A stretch of 63,088 bases of DNA, counting the filler, from Asterionella formosa (lineage: Eukaryota), in NCBI GenBank assembly GCA_002256025.1. It is 29 parts of 29 records of this genome, joined end to end, with 100 filler letters (N's around TTAATTAATTAA, not from the genome) between each part and the next. Parts side by side here need not be neighbours in the genome. Positions count along the whole stretch, not along the records: positions 10,926 to 13,008 come from NKIB01000468.1; positions 13,109 to 15,190 come from NKIB01000469.1; positions 15,291 to 17,371 come from NKIB01000470.1; positions 17,472 to 19,552 come from NKIB01000471.1; positions 19,653 to 21,732 come from NKIB01000472.1; positions 21,833 to 23,911 come from NKIB01000474.1; 23 more parts are not named here. One strand, 5' to 3'. This document shows positions 11,401-24,011 of this stretch, in pieces (the first letter of the stretch is position 1; each line of letters opens with the position of its first letter). Under the pieces are notes generated by a model. That model ran no database searches, was not told the DNA's origin, and was given only the letters and a program-made list of their open reading frames with translations. The translations under genes and the position numbers were made by a program.

Positions 11401-13008
11401 ATGTCATACACAAGTGGAAAATTTGCAGCTCAAGCAAAACAGGTTGCAGCAGACGATAAGGCTGGTTGTCCGGAAAACACCATTCTTGCCTATAGAAGAA
11501 AAATGGCAGAATTCCTTGATTTTTCTGTCATGCCTTTCCATCCAACAAGGTGGTGGATGGCATCCCATCTACAACAGTGACAGAAGAAAAGTTCTTTGGC
11601 TTTCTATGGTATCAATCAAGACGTCATCAGCAACCCAGAGGATGACCAGGTCAATGTAAACCTTTGGAAGAAAAATTTTCAAAGGATGATTATAAATCTG
11701 TAATTTCCAACATTGATTGGATTTTAGACAAGCTATTTGGATATAGTGTACTCAATCAATATCGATCAGCCATCCTAGATTTGCATGCACAGCAATGGGA
11801 TGGAGGATGCAACAACATACCCAAGGAAGTACTAATGTCTGGCCGTGTCAAAAGATTACTGAAGACAGTAAAAATGAGAAAGACACAAATTGCGAAAAGC
11901 AATTTTGATGAAAAATTGACAAGTGAATTCACGCCATACACTGCTGCTCAAGATATACCAAGACTTGAAGATTTTTTCTTTTAAAAAAATTTGTTATCAT
12001 CCATTTATTCAGTGGCATCTTTACATGATCAATATTGTCTTTTGATGACAACAAATGGGATCTTAAGAGGCAAATCACTCTTTGAGTGCGAACTTAGCGA
12101 TATTTGTTCCTTGTTACACAAGGATAAAAATAGTCTAGAGGATATTTTAAGTCATGTGATGCGCATTGCTGCTGGGAAAACAAATGGTTTAAAGACTCTT
12201 TATGAACGTTGTATTTGACATCGTAATGTCAATGAGTGTGCTATTGGTGCTCTTGGATTTTATTTAACGACAAGATTTATGCAGAGTGGAGAAGCATAAT
12301 CATTTGATTTTACTTCAAACAAAGCCTGGTTCAATATTAAGCTGTTGACAGATTCTTGGGGCTTCGACAACACTATTTCAGTAACTGATCAGCATATGCG
12401 AGTAACATGAAGAATGCTTGCAGACACCTTGGCATTATTTCAAAACATTTCGTGCATTTTGGTCGATCAGCTGGTTCAGTCAAAGCAGAATTGGATGAAC
12501 TTGATGGCTGTAACATCAATGACCTTGGAAATTTGAAAATGGATACTCGACGTGATGTTTATTCAGCTAAACTGCCAATGAAAGCCATGCGTGTTATGGC
12601 TGACCATCCAGATGAAAACGGAAGTGTTTTTTTGCCACGAGATCATATAAAACATCAAACCTTCAATGACCCTGCAACAAATAATCCTTCCATTTATTGA
12701 AAAAGAAATTGAATCTATTGATGCAGCTACCAATTCTACCGCCTTTGCTTTTCTTAATTTGCTCTCTTGCCTCCGTGTCGTCATTCTGCAAGATGCAGCA
12801 ACAATGATATTGAATGGTCGGGGTCATTTTTTGTTCACATTGGATGTGTTTAACTGTGAAGAGTTCAAAGAATTTTTAAATAATATGAGTCATCATCTGA
12901 ATTTGGTTCAGGATCCAGTGGATCTTAGAATTGACTCTATTTTACCTGGTGTCAGAGATCGATTTACAAATTTGCATTCTGAAATGAGAGCAAACTTTTC
13001 ACAGTTGA
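11401..13008 (+). mobile_element. Crypton-type tyrosine recombinase (Ndc10/CryptonF-like lineage), pseudogenised
   Basis: PENTILAY..KMAEFLDF, TVTEEKFFGFLWYQ, NQYRSAILDLH..Q, GILRG.SLFECELSD, GKTNGLK, HFGRSAG...LGN, YSAKLP. Many stops and frameshifts. Confidence 0.8.
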
Positions 13009-13289
13009 NNNNNNNNNNNNNNNNNNNNNNNNNNNNNNNNNNNNNNNNNNNNTTAATTAATTAANNNNNNNNNNNNNNNNNNNNNNNNNNNNNNNNNNNN
13101 NNNNNNNNCAGGTAGGTACTCAGGTACCATGGAACCTGGTAGCTGGTACAACCTAAAACTGAGAGTCAACATTTAAAAACTCCTTCCGACTAAAATTATC
13201 GAAGTTTCTTAAATTTTAATTCGAAACAAGTACGAACTTTTTTGTAGTTGATAGAACGGGGATAGCTATCATTTAGTCATTTTGCATGA

Positions 13290-13480
13290 TGTTACAATCA
13301 TTCTCAAATGTTTGATGCTTGTTTTACCATTTCTATGTTTATTACAGTTATTCTGGCTGTCATGGCTGCTAAAATCTGCAATTTTAATGCTGGAAAATTC
13401 GATGTGCCCCATATTGCCCCTAAATAAAAATTACTTGGAGTCTAAAAATTACTTAGATGTACCCGAATTGCAAGACAATA
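13290..13480 (-). repeat. Dispersed repeat family D
   Basis: Reverse complement of ~59778-59990 (AAATTCGATGTGCCCCATATTGCCC.TAAATAAAAATTACTT...CGAAT.GCAAGAC). Confidence 0.8.
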
Positions 13481-13859
13481 CCTGGAACAGGAATTCCCTT
13501 GAGAAAGGGGAGTACGATTGGGGTGTGTAAAACAGATTACCAGTATCTCTCTATATCGGTGTACTGGCTGGTATTTACAACCTGGAGTACCAGTTACCTG
13601 CAAGTTGCGGTAATTTTGCTTTTTCGTGTCATTCCCCAACCTGACAGATGCATCACGACTCAGCACCCATTGAGAAATCAAAGTTCAAAACTTATAACGG
13701 CTGGCACTGCTGGCCGAAATAAACAAAGACTATACAAAATTCGATATTTTCAGATAATTCAGAAAAAACAGATTTGACGAATCGTCTTTTTGGGTTAAAG
13801 TACTGAAGGACTATTTTAGTTAAGGAAAACAGGCTCTACTTTAAGCAAAACGACTTTAA

Positions 13860-15051
13860 GGTTGCGGCCCTGCAGTTACAAATTGTGATGTCCGTTTTTT
13901 CCCAAAATATTTGTATGATGTACCTCAATCCACACATCACATACAAGTAAACATAATACTAATTAAAGGTAAAAATAGTTTTCACCATTACAACCACTTT
14001 GCATATGCTTAGATACTGTCATCGCTCGACTTAGGGCTATGTTCTATCTTCGGATATGGTAAGGACCTCATTTCTGGAAAGAAACTGCAGTTATGTATCA
14101 GAGATTAGTAACTACCGAAAAACTAGTCAAAAAAGGGGCTACGAAGATTTTCAAAAAATCTACGATACATAACTGCCACTTCTCTCCAGAAGTTAACCAC
14201 TGGCGTTATGGGTACACGGCTATCTATTTTAATCATCATGAAACCCCATAGATGTAGAGCAATCCTGCTCTTCCAAAAAGTCAACCCGATCGGTTTTTTC
14301 AACAGTCGCCAAAATATTGGAATCGAAATTAGTACGTGCAAAAACGTTCTCGTAGACTTAGAGTCTTGCGTAGGTATGTTTTGCTGAACAATTCTCTGTC
14401 CGAAAAGACTCTAGGGTGAGTTCCTGCGTCACTACACATATTCTGATTGGTTGAATTGAATTTACTCACCTGCTCCAGATCGGCTGCAGTATCCCGGTCT
14501 TGTAAAATTACACCAGCCATACTTGAACCACATGTATTAGATGTACTGTACCGGTACTTGGTAGGTAAAATAAGTACTACCGGTAGTTTCATCATCCATC
14601 GTCATTAGGTACCAGGTACCCTAGCTAGCACACCGTTACTCCGGTATTGGTTTATATACCGGTATGTGCCTTTGAGTGTAGAGTAATACCGGTATGCCTT
14701 TTGGGGGGTAGAGTAATATTAAATCTACATACAGCAACAGAGATTCAATATAAATGGATAAAAAAATCATGAGTATACATTTAGGCATACTCCTGATTTA
14801 TATATGTGTTATGGCGTCAAACAAAATTATGTCTACATTCAGCAACGTAGATATAGTATAAACGTTTAAATATCATTTTTGTTTGTTTAAAATGGAACTC
14901 TGTCTATCTGGCGCCGACTCCTATTTAATTCAAATATTCAAGTGGACACTCAAATCATGGGAACTCATAGCAGCAAACTCCCTGTTCCATGCCATTTTTA
15001 CAACCCTAGCGGCGTTTTCTCCAAACTAGGGTTAAGCCGAGGGCCGCAACC
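13860..15051. mobile_element. Complete non-autonomous DNA transposon with 12-bp TIRs and TTAA target-site duplication (Kolobok-like)
   Basis: TTAA|GGTTGCGGCCCT at 13856-13871 and AGGGCCGCAACC|TTAA at 15040-15055. No coding capacity. Internal inverted repeats. Confidence 0.8.
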
Positions 15052-15611
15052 TTAAATGTGTTGTTTTCATTTTTGTTCTTGTAGTTTTATAGTACTTTAA
15101 GCAATATTTTGCTTAAACTACCGGTAGAAGTCCTCAATTCACATTCTGGCTGCTAAATTTATATACCCCCGGTAGACAAACATACCTAGCNNNNNNNNNN
15201 NNNNNNNNNNNNNNNNNNNNNNNNNNNNNNNNNNTTAATTAATTAANNNNNNNNNNNNNNNNNNNNNNNNNNNNNNNNNNNNNNNNNNNNTTCAACTGCC
15301 CATTGGCATTTGCACCACAATTGCAGCACCGATTGGACCACTATTGCTTAGAGAAACCAAAATTGCACCATCAGACTACCCATATATTAAATCCGTGCTA
15401 CTGCCTGCACTACCGTAGTGATATTTTCTACATAGGATCACGATCAGATTCATATAAGATATGTAACGGCCATAGCCTACCCGGTACATACATGTAATGG
15501 GACATACCAGTACTAATAAAATATTGCAAGCATTTTGTATCATATACCATATATAGGTTACTAAAAGGTAATGAATTTTTAACTAAGGCACTCCTTGCTG
15601 ACGTCATACAA

Positions 15612-16452
15612 AGTAACTTCGACACAATTACCATCTCGTCCGTCTCGTCTTTCTCCATCTGTCTATCGTGTAGGGTCATAGGGACGTCATAGGAATAAGA
15701 CTACTGCGAACCGTAGACTAATAGAATAGCGATCCAAGAATAAGCTAAATATCGTAAATGGCTTTTTGAGTTCGTTGCTAAGTAATGTGTCCCGTTCCCA
15801 AACTCTGGGTTTGGTCCGTGTCCTTCCTCCGGGTTCTGCGGCAGTCGAGTTGCGCTTGGCCAAGGGGGGGACTTAGGGTGGGTGATTTAGACTATAAATT
15901 GCGAAAGGCTTGGTGATGCTTTTAGACTGCTTCTTTGAATTGTTATTCAAAGAATTGTGCGCTTTGCCCCTCTTACTATTTCACTGAAGATAACCTCACG
16001 TGGTTGCTCTTGTCTTTCCTTGTCTTAGCTGCCAACTCTTGGTTGTTCGACTCAACTCTAAAAGCTAAAACTTAATAGTCACGTTGTCGCTATATTAATG
16101 CCTCAGCTTCGACTCCTTCGATTCGATTGCGAATTTATTTGTAGTAGGGGCTTGCTTCTTTGCATGGCCCTATCGCGTCCGTCCTTGTCTGTAATATAAA
16201 CGAAGTAACTTCGACACAATTACCATCTCGTCTGTCTTGTCTTTCTCCATCTGTCTATTGTGTAGGGTCATAGGGACGTCATAGGAATAAGACTAATGCG
16301 AACCGTAGACTAATAGAATAGCGATCCAAGAATAAGCTAAATATCGTAAATGGCTTTTTGAGTTCATTGCTAAGTAACGTGTCCCGTTCCCAAAGTCCGC
16401 GTTTGGTCCGTGTCCTTCCTCCGGGTTCTCCGGCAGTCGAGTTGCGCTTAGC
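15612..16452. repeat. Direct duplication of ~250 bp (15612-15862 and 16204-16452) from the 3' end of the pogo-like remnant
   Basis: AAGTAACTTCGACACAATTACCATCTCG...GCAGTCGAGTTGCGCTT occurs twice with few mismatches. Confidence 0.9.
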
Positions 16453-17171
16453 CGATCCACTTTCGAGTCACGACGAAATTGTTATGCTAGTTCCAGTCTC
16501 TCTGATGGCCTGTACCTTCTGTGACAATTCAAAAAACCGTTGATTCAATTTCTGCTTCTTGTTTTGTTCCTGGATTTCATGCCGGTGTTTGATTTCCAGC
16601 ATATGCTCAAAAAGCGGTGGTCCTAGACAAGTGTTTCCAACAGCAAAATGCAGTCCTGTGGTAATTCATTTGTTTGTGTCGATTGCTGCTTGTGCTGTTT
16701 GTTTTCTTTTCCTGGCATGTTCTGCTGCATCATTACCATTTCGCACATCTTCTCTGTTTATGTATTCAACAATTTGATTTGTAAGAGTTCCTGAAAGTCC
16801 TTCTTGCAGGTTGAGCTGGTCAGGTGTAATAAAGGTTCTGTTGCTGTGTGAGATTCAATTCAATGGGACAACACCAAATTTCGTCAGCTGTATTTCAGGA
16901 TTCAACAAACAATTATAGTTCAAAGGTCCCCAGCCTCGCTCTGCTACCGCTTTTTTGTTTGTGCATAATCTCGCAAATCTTTTTTCCCAAGAAGTGAATT
17001 TGCAAGTTGCAGTCGCTCCCTCTTGGCATGTGATGGGCGGACGCATTTTACCCAACTGATCAATGAGCTCCACAATGTAAGGTTCCACTTCAAGCATAGG
17101 TGAGATGCGAGCTGTGTTTCATCTACAACGCCGATTATTGGTACAACCGCCACAAAAAAAACGCTAGTCAA
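16204..17171 (-). mobile_element. Internally deleted pogo/Tc1-like DDE transposase remnant
   Basis: The N-terminal MLEVEPYIVELIDQLGKMR.PIT...LQLANSL segment is joined directly to C-terminal WEKRFAR..TNKKAVAERGWGPLNY. Both resemble diatom DDE_1 elements. Confidence 0.55.
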
Positions 17172-18515
17172 ATGTGGTCACCCAAATTAATTATTTGGGT
17201 GGCCTACTATGAAAAATTGGGCTACGTACATAATTTAAGGGTATAAACCAAATATAAATGTGATGCATCATATAATATATATGATAGGATTGAACTAAAA
17301 TAGTTTCGACAACTTCCATAAATTTTTATAAACCCACATAAATTTTGAGGCAAAGTAACAATATTTTTGTANNNNNNNNNNNNNNNNNNNNNNNNNNNNN
17401 NNNNNNNNNNNNNNNTTAATTAATTAANNNNNNNNNNNNNNNNNNNNNNNNNNNNNNNNNNNNNNNNNNNNTAAATAATCCCTATATAAATCTATATCAA
17501 ACCATCATCAAAACGAATGAAAGTAAGATTATTGACACAAAAACTGAAATAATATTTGAGTTAAAAGGCAAACGCATTATTATTTAAGGTTTAAAAAATG
17601 AAAACAATTAATAATAAATGAATAGATGATGCAAAGGACAAATAATATTGTGGCAGGAAAAAGCTTTAGAGTGAACAATAGGGTAATCGAAACTAGAATT
17701 TGAATATAAAATTTTCTTCAGGTACGTAGTAAAAAATATGTATTGATAGTCATACAAAACGACCATAATCATCAACTTTAAAAACTTCATATCTCTTGAA
17801 TTATGAAGCTTCATTACTAATTAAACAGACCTATTGAAAGCGAAGAGCCTGTTCTACATTTAGCTACGTACTTGATTTGTTGTCACCATGAAATTTGACT
17901 AAAATAGTTTGAGTCGAAACATGGGGTAAACTTTATATGACTCTCAGTTTTTAGGTGGTACCTGATTTTACAACGAGGTACGACGTACCAATACGGCCAA
18001 TATTACCCCGTGTCTTTGACTAAACAGGTGTCCTGGTACCAGATCCCAGGTACCAGGAACTGACCAATTACACGTATGTACAGCTATATAGAAAGAATCA
18101 TTATAGTATACCGATCGTCATTTCAAATCAGTACTGGTCACCAGTACAAATCTACAAAGTTACAAGATACAACTACATTATACTGTACAGTAAAGTGTTA
18201 AAATTGCCGTACAACCATTATCATTGACATCAAAAACAAACACACCATGATGATCACACCGTCCATTGTTTCTCATTCAATTCTTGTCCAATTGGCACAG
18301 TCTTTAATCGATTCAGTAAACCCCCCTCATCTTCAGATATGACATGAAGATCTTTTTCATACCGACAGCAATTACATTTTTCAAACCATAACATCGATGT
18401 ACCATCATGTCGCAACTGTTGCCACGCTCATGGAATTGCTAAACTCCACCTAAAAGAAACAACAAATATTGGCACTTGACCATGTCAGTCAGGACGCACC
18501 CGCAAATGCGAAATT

Positions 18516-19289
18516 TTATATATATAACATGCATAAGGCCGTTGCTAACGGTGGACGAAAACGCAAACCAAACAGTGTTTTGGTTTGGATGTTTGCAAAC
18601 ATTGTATGTTCCAATGGGTATCTAGCTTGTTGTTGCAGAAGACCTTTCATCCGATCACAAGTGCATGCAGCAGATTGACTCAGACCAAACAATGCATTTC
18701 CCACAATTGAATTGTTAATCAAATCTTCTGATAAAGCCAGTTTTGCTGCTTCTACTGATGCATCCTCAACTTTCAGCTGGCCTCTGCTTCCAATGGAGCA
18801 ATCAATTGACATATCAGAAGAACGACTGAAACTTCGTTCTTCTGCAACCAATTCTCTAGCTGATGCACGGCCTGCTGATTCTTTCTTGCCATTCTCAAAG
18901 ACACAATCCTTTGTTAGCAAGAGAATAGACTTGAAGTCATCTCTAGCAAATGGTCCAAACAATTTGAATCCAATCCAGCCATGAAAATAATAATCCACAG
19001 GCATCCCAACATCATCATTCAATGCCACCGCAGCACCCAAGATTTCCTCCTCCTCCTCATCATCCACATCATTAGCTGGATCGCTGTAGCTGGTTCGACC
19101 CTTCAGATATCGAAACATATGGTTTAATACATGGTTGTCATAGTCTTCAACATTGTTCCCGGAAGGCAAAGTCCCATCAGGGAGTAAAAATTGCGACCCA
19201 AATGCTAAGGCCTTCTTCCAATTCAGCAGGGCATGCTGAGCCATCTTCAATAGAGTTCGACCAGTAATTAAAGTGGACATATTTTTCAT
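18516..19289 (-). CDS. Hypothetical protein, possibly a transposon accessory ORF
   Basis: 257-aa ORF with LPSG, an acidic tract and a YYFHGWIGFKLFGP motif. No recognisable catalytic domain. Confidence 0.4.
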   Translation of the reverse strand: MKNMSTLITGRTLLKMAQHALLNWKKALAFGSQFLLPDGTLPSGNNVEDYDNHVLNHMFRYLKGRTSYSDPANDVDDEEEEEILGAAVALNDDVGMPVDYYFHGWIGFKLFGPFARDDFKSILLLTKDCVFENGKKESAGRASARELVAEERSFSRSSDMSIDCSIGSRGQLKVEDASVEAAKLALSEDLINNSIVGNALFGLSQSAACTCDRMKGLLQQQARYPLEHTMFANIQTKTLFGLRFRPPLATALCMLYI

Positions 19290-21832
19290 TCCAGTGCCTG
19301 CAAGAGATCTTGGGAGAAAGAGAGCTCTTGGCTGGAAGGGGTGCTGGCACCATGATCAAGGATGCTGATTGTTGGCAATTGACAGATGTTGTTATGTTCT
19401 TGTTGTTGTTGTGTACCTGGTAATATGCACTTGGAATATATATTTACGACTCTATATTATATATACATACTGGTGTGTAGTTGGATGACAACAAGACAGC
19501 AGCATCGCTCAAATTGCGGGAAAAACTAACTAATTCCCAAATAGGAATGATANNNNNNNNNNNNNNNNNNNNNNNNNNNNNNNNNNNNNNNNNNNNTTAA
19601 TTAATTAANNNNNNNNNNNNNNNNNNNNNNNNNNNNNNNNNNNNNNNNNNNNATTTATTTTGCTGAATCGTGCTATGAATTCCAGATGTCTTGTAGTACC
19701 AGTAAAGAACTGCTGTGACCCGCCCACTGAAATCTCCTATTCGTCTGATTAGTTCGACTAAACCTATTCCATGCCTTGCGAGAATCAAACTTCAAGGTCT
19801 TGTTAACTAAAGGAGTCAGCAGGTTGTGGATCTGTCGATATTCTCTTAGAAGGTCGAGGTTCTGTGATACGACCCCTTTTATGTCAACAAAATTTTCCGA
19901 TAATGGGTCACAGCCGTACTAAAATTTTTATGTATAATTGTATATAATTTTATATACCATTACGATCACGGATTACCCTGTTTGGTTTTCGCAAAATAAT
20001 TTTTAAGAATTTTCGTATCCAGATGTACCAGGGTACCTGTTACCATCGGTACATCATAATCACACACAAATACATTCAGCCACCGATACCGGTATGTGCC
20101 GGTATCGGTACACACTTTCTTTGTATTGTTGTATGGGGGCTGATGGTATGTAGGTCGACGTTGGCGCGCCCGATTATACATGCTCAAGTTACTTCAGCAA
20201 TATCAGGGAATAGGGATAGGTTTATGACAAGAATCAATTGCAAAATAAATCGCATGCGACATTTTTGTATATAGTTGCGTATATGACAAAACAATGAATC
20301 CTCAAAACATGGGGTAATCCGTGTTCTGGCAATATTTTCGTCGATTGCACTTTTCAACCAATATTTTAGGGGAGACAAATTGCTATAAACTTGTATCTAA
20401 TTGCATATCCTTAAAGCGTACATGGTCAAGATTTGGGTCGAAGTTTTAAAATTAACTTATTGGCATTTGGTGGGGTCAAACCGTGTTTTTCTCCTGTTCA
20501 GTGGGTCACAGCGGTTCCAATTTTTTTTAGTGGGTCACAGCAGTTTTTTACTGGTACTATTTATGATAAAATGTGTCGCTGTCCGGTAACAAGTTGTCCG
20601 TTTCAGGAAAATGACCGCAGCTTGCAGGCAAGGCAACCAGATGCGGTCATTTTGCTTAAATAAACAATTTGATCTGGGATAAAGACAGCTGATGCAGATG
20701 CTCAAGATGTTTGATTATATACATGTATAAATAAATATATAGAACGGTATGTGTTTTGATGGTCTGTGGCGGTTAGAAATATGTATCTTGTATGAAGTTT
20801 TTCCCTATTTCCCCTCACACAGTGTATGCAGGATTCGCATGTATAGGGTTTACGTCATCCTCTCCCACCATGGTGAGCGAATGTTTGAATTTGCGATTTT
20901 TCAGCACTGCCCTTTCAAGATATGTCCGGAGTAGCGCTGAAAACGGTACGGTAGGTAGCTTTGGACTACCGGTACGCATAAATATTTTACGACCACATCT
21001 AAGGAAGAATGCATGGTGTTGTATAACAATATATTCCTACTACAATTCGGTGGGCACTACACTACCGGTAATCATGAATCATGCTTACCGTACTTAGCAT
21101 CAGCAGAGGATTGTTGCAACATACCTCTGGTGGAGTCATTCTATGGTCCACAGATTGCTAAGTATAATACATTTACGACTTCATACGACATCTTGAATAC
21201 CGGTACCTACCGGTATATGGACAAAATGTAAGAAAGGAAATGCTTCGATACTAAACATATGAAGAAACAGTTCAAAGTAAAAGTACCGGTATCCTGAGAG
21301 ACTGACTGACTGACTTGCTTTCATTATGATTCATCATCTCAAGCATGTTGAAACATGCATGACAAGATACTTTATGACTACTACTAATAAATGATTCTTA
21401 CCGGTAGTCTAGTGCTAAGAACACATTTACATACAAGTTTTACACGTGATGCAACACTTTCTTTGTTCCAGATAGCACTCATTTTGTTTCGATGGTAGTC
21501 GTCCACATCTGTCTCATAATCTTGAAATCCTCTCTCCCCCGCAAAGCAACAACAAGGACCACCAGATTGAACAGCACGAGACCATATAACAATGACAACC
21601 AATGATACCAACACAGGTAATATGGATGAGTGCCATTTGAAGGAAGCGCCAGTTGTGACAGCAGGCAGTACCAAGGTCGCGGATTCGACTACGCCATGGC
21701 CATTGCAAGGAATCGGAGAACCTCACGAGAATNNNNNNNNNNNNNNNNNNNNNNNNNNNNNNNNNNNNNNNNNNNNTTAATTAATTAANNNNNNNNNNNN
21801 NNNNNNNNNNNNNNNNNNNNNNNNNNNNNNNN

Positions 21833-23911
21833 GCATGATCACCACGCCAGTGCTCGATATTTTGTTGAAATCCTTCCAGTACATCCACTTGAAAGCCATC
21901 ACTTTCAAGAAGTCTTGGAGGAACCAGAACACCAACGAGTACAGCCAAACAAAAAAGAACAGCCCTACGTTGTGAGAAAGTCCTTCAACGGCGACACCAT
22001 CAATTTCCCCAGTAGGCCAAAATAGAGCAAGAATCGAGGAGAGGCCCAAAGCAAAGCAACAACCGCCAAAAAGCATCGGTGCTGGTTTCACACTCCAGAA
22101 GTAATCACGTCCTGTACGTGAACTGAACAATGTGAGAAAGTCAGATACGGAAACCTTCAAGTAAATTGCAGTTGTAACCTGCCCGTATTGCAATGGGTTC
22201 ATTCCAACTGCAGCAAAAAAACCTTTCGGGTCCCAGCTGTTCAACAAGAAACTGAGGAGCAGCAATGACGAACCACATGACACTGCGCCTAACGTAGAAC
22301 TGGTCAAGAAAATGGCAGGGAGATTCCATCGGTTGGGGGTTGTGCTGGCAGTCGCGTAGTCATAGGCAATTGAGATCAAAGTACCATCATTCAAAAGGGT
22401 GATCAACATGAGCATGATAACCGGCATCTTGAAAAATGCAGGCCACTCTTGACCAACCATGATATCGGCTTCCGCTGGCGCAAAGTCCGCTGGATGAAAC
22501 GCAAAGATGGCAATAAAGAAGAAAAATAGCAACTGGAGTGTGGCAGCGATCCGGTATGTGATAAAGTTACTCATTCGTGTAAAGATTTCTCGAGCAATCA
22601 AAATTCCATGAATAATAGTTCCGAGACCCGGTTCGGTGAGAACAATATCAGCTGCAGCACGAGCGGCGTCCGTGGCACCAGCGACAGCGATTCCGATATC
22701 AGCTCGCTTAAGGGCAGGTGCATCATTGACTCCATCACCAGTCATTCCAACTGTGTAGTGCAACTCACGAAGGCATTCAACAATCAAGTATTTGTGTTCA
22801 GGGTAAACCTGGGCAAATCCATCAGCAGCGAGGCAAAGGTCACCGTAATTTTTGCCGAGGTTAGCAGGTTTCTCCTTGGTTTCCGGATCAAGCATGGGAA
22901 GTCTTTCAGAGGTAAAAATTCGGTCGCCCATTTCAAGCTGGGCAGCTGTGTTTCGAGCAATCAGCAAGTGATCTCCAGTAATCATCTTCACTTGAATACC
23001 GTAATCGTGTGCATCCGAAATAGTCTGTTTAGTGTCTGGACGAGGAGGGTCAAGAAACGTCAACAAGCCAATCATTTTCCAAACGCCATTGACGGTTCGA
23101 CCAACAGCTAGAGATCGAATTCCACGTTCACCAAGACGAGCAACATCCTTTTCGACAGCCTCGACAGTTGCAGTTTCAGAGGAATCCAATAACTTCAAAA
23201 TGACGTGCGGAGCCCCTTTAGTGGTCTTGTATTCCTCGCCTGTCTTGTTATTTTTCACTGTTCCTTCGGTACGCTTGATCTGAGGATCAAAAGGTAGGTA
23301 ATCAAGCTGCTCGTAATCGTCAAGGAGAGGCATGTTGACTGAACCAAGTGTGAGGCGATCAAGAGCATCACGGGCGGGCTCCTTCCATTTTGCTGCCATG
23401 GCAGCATAAACAAGCACGGATTCCTGATTCTCTCCTTCGTAATAAATAGGAGTTTCATCTTGCAACACCATTGTATTTAGAGTAAGCGTCCCAGTCTTGT
23501 CAGAGCACAGAATTGACATACCCGCCAGGTCTTCAATGGCGGACAATTTGGCAACGATAGCACCATGCTTGACAAGGTTTTTCGAACCAATCGCCAAAGT
23601 GGTTGTGGTGACAATCTCGATGGCAAGGGGAATGGATGCTACCAAAAGGACAACGGAAAACGAGAGAGCTTCTTCGGTAGTTTCGCCTTTTTTGATTAAG
23701 TAGATAAAGACGATGATGACACATGTCAAGGAAAGGCTCACCAAAACAAACATGATCTTCATGAGGATGATCTGGAGATGGCTGAGCTCGTGTGTGTTCT
23801 TCAACAAACTAGCAGTCTTTCCAAAGAATGTATCAGCGCCTGTGAACTCGACTGTGCCTTCCACCTCTCCGCGGACGACAGTCGATCCCATCTTACAGGA
23901 ATCTCCCTTGT
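21833..23911 (-). CDS. Plasma-membrane H+-ATPase (P3A), internal part, variant 1
   Basis: ASIPLA, CSDKTGTLT phosphorylation site, KGAP, DPPR, MITGD, TGDGVNDAPALK, TLLNDGT. Confidence 0.95.
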
Positions 23912-24011
23912 NNNNNNNNNNNNNNNNNNNNNNNNNNNNNNNNNNNNNNNNNNNNTTAATTAATTAANNNNNNNNNNNNNNNNNNNNNNNNNNNNNNNNN
24001 NNNNNNNNNNN

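Noticed and set aside
19653..21732. Short inverted and direct repeats (AAAATGACCGCA/TGCGGTCATTTT; TGGGTCACAGC three times) and an ORF start at the contig end
   Set aside because: No boundaries, second copy or protein motif to support a call.
22608..23283. Antisense ORFs over the ATPase, Copia and LRR genes
   Set aside because: Shadow ORFs of the real coding strand.
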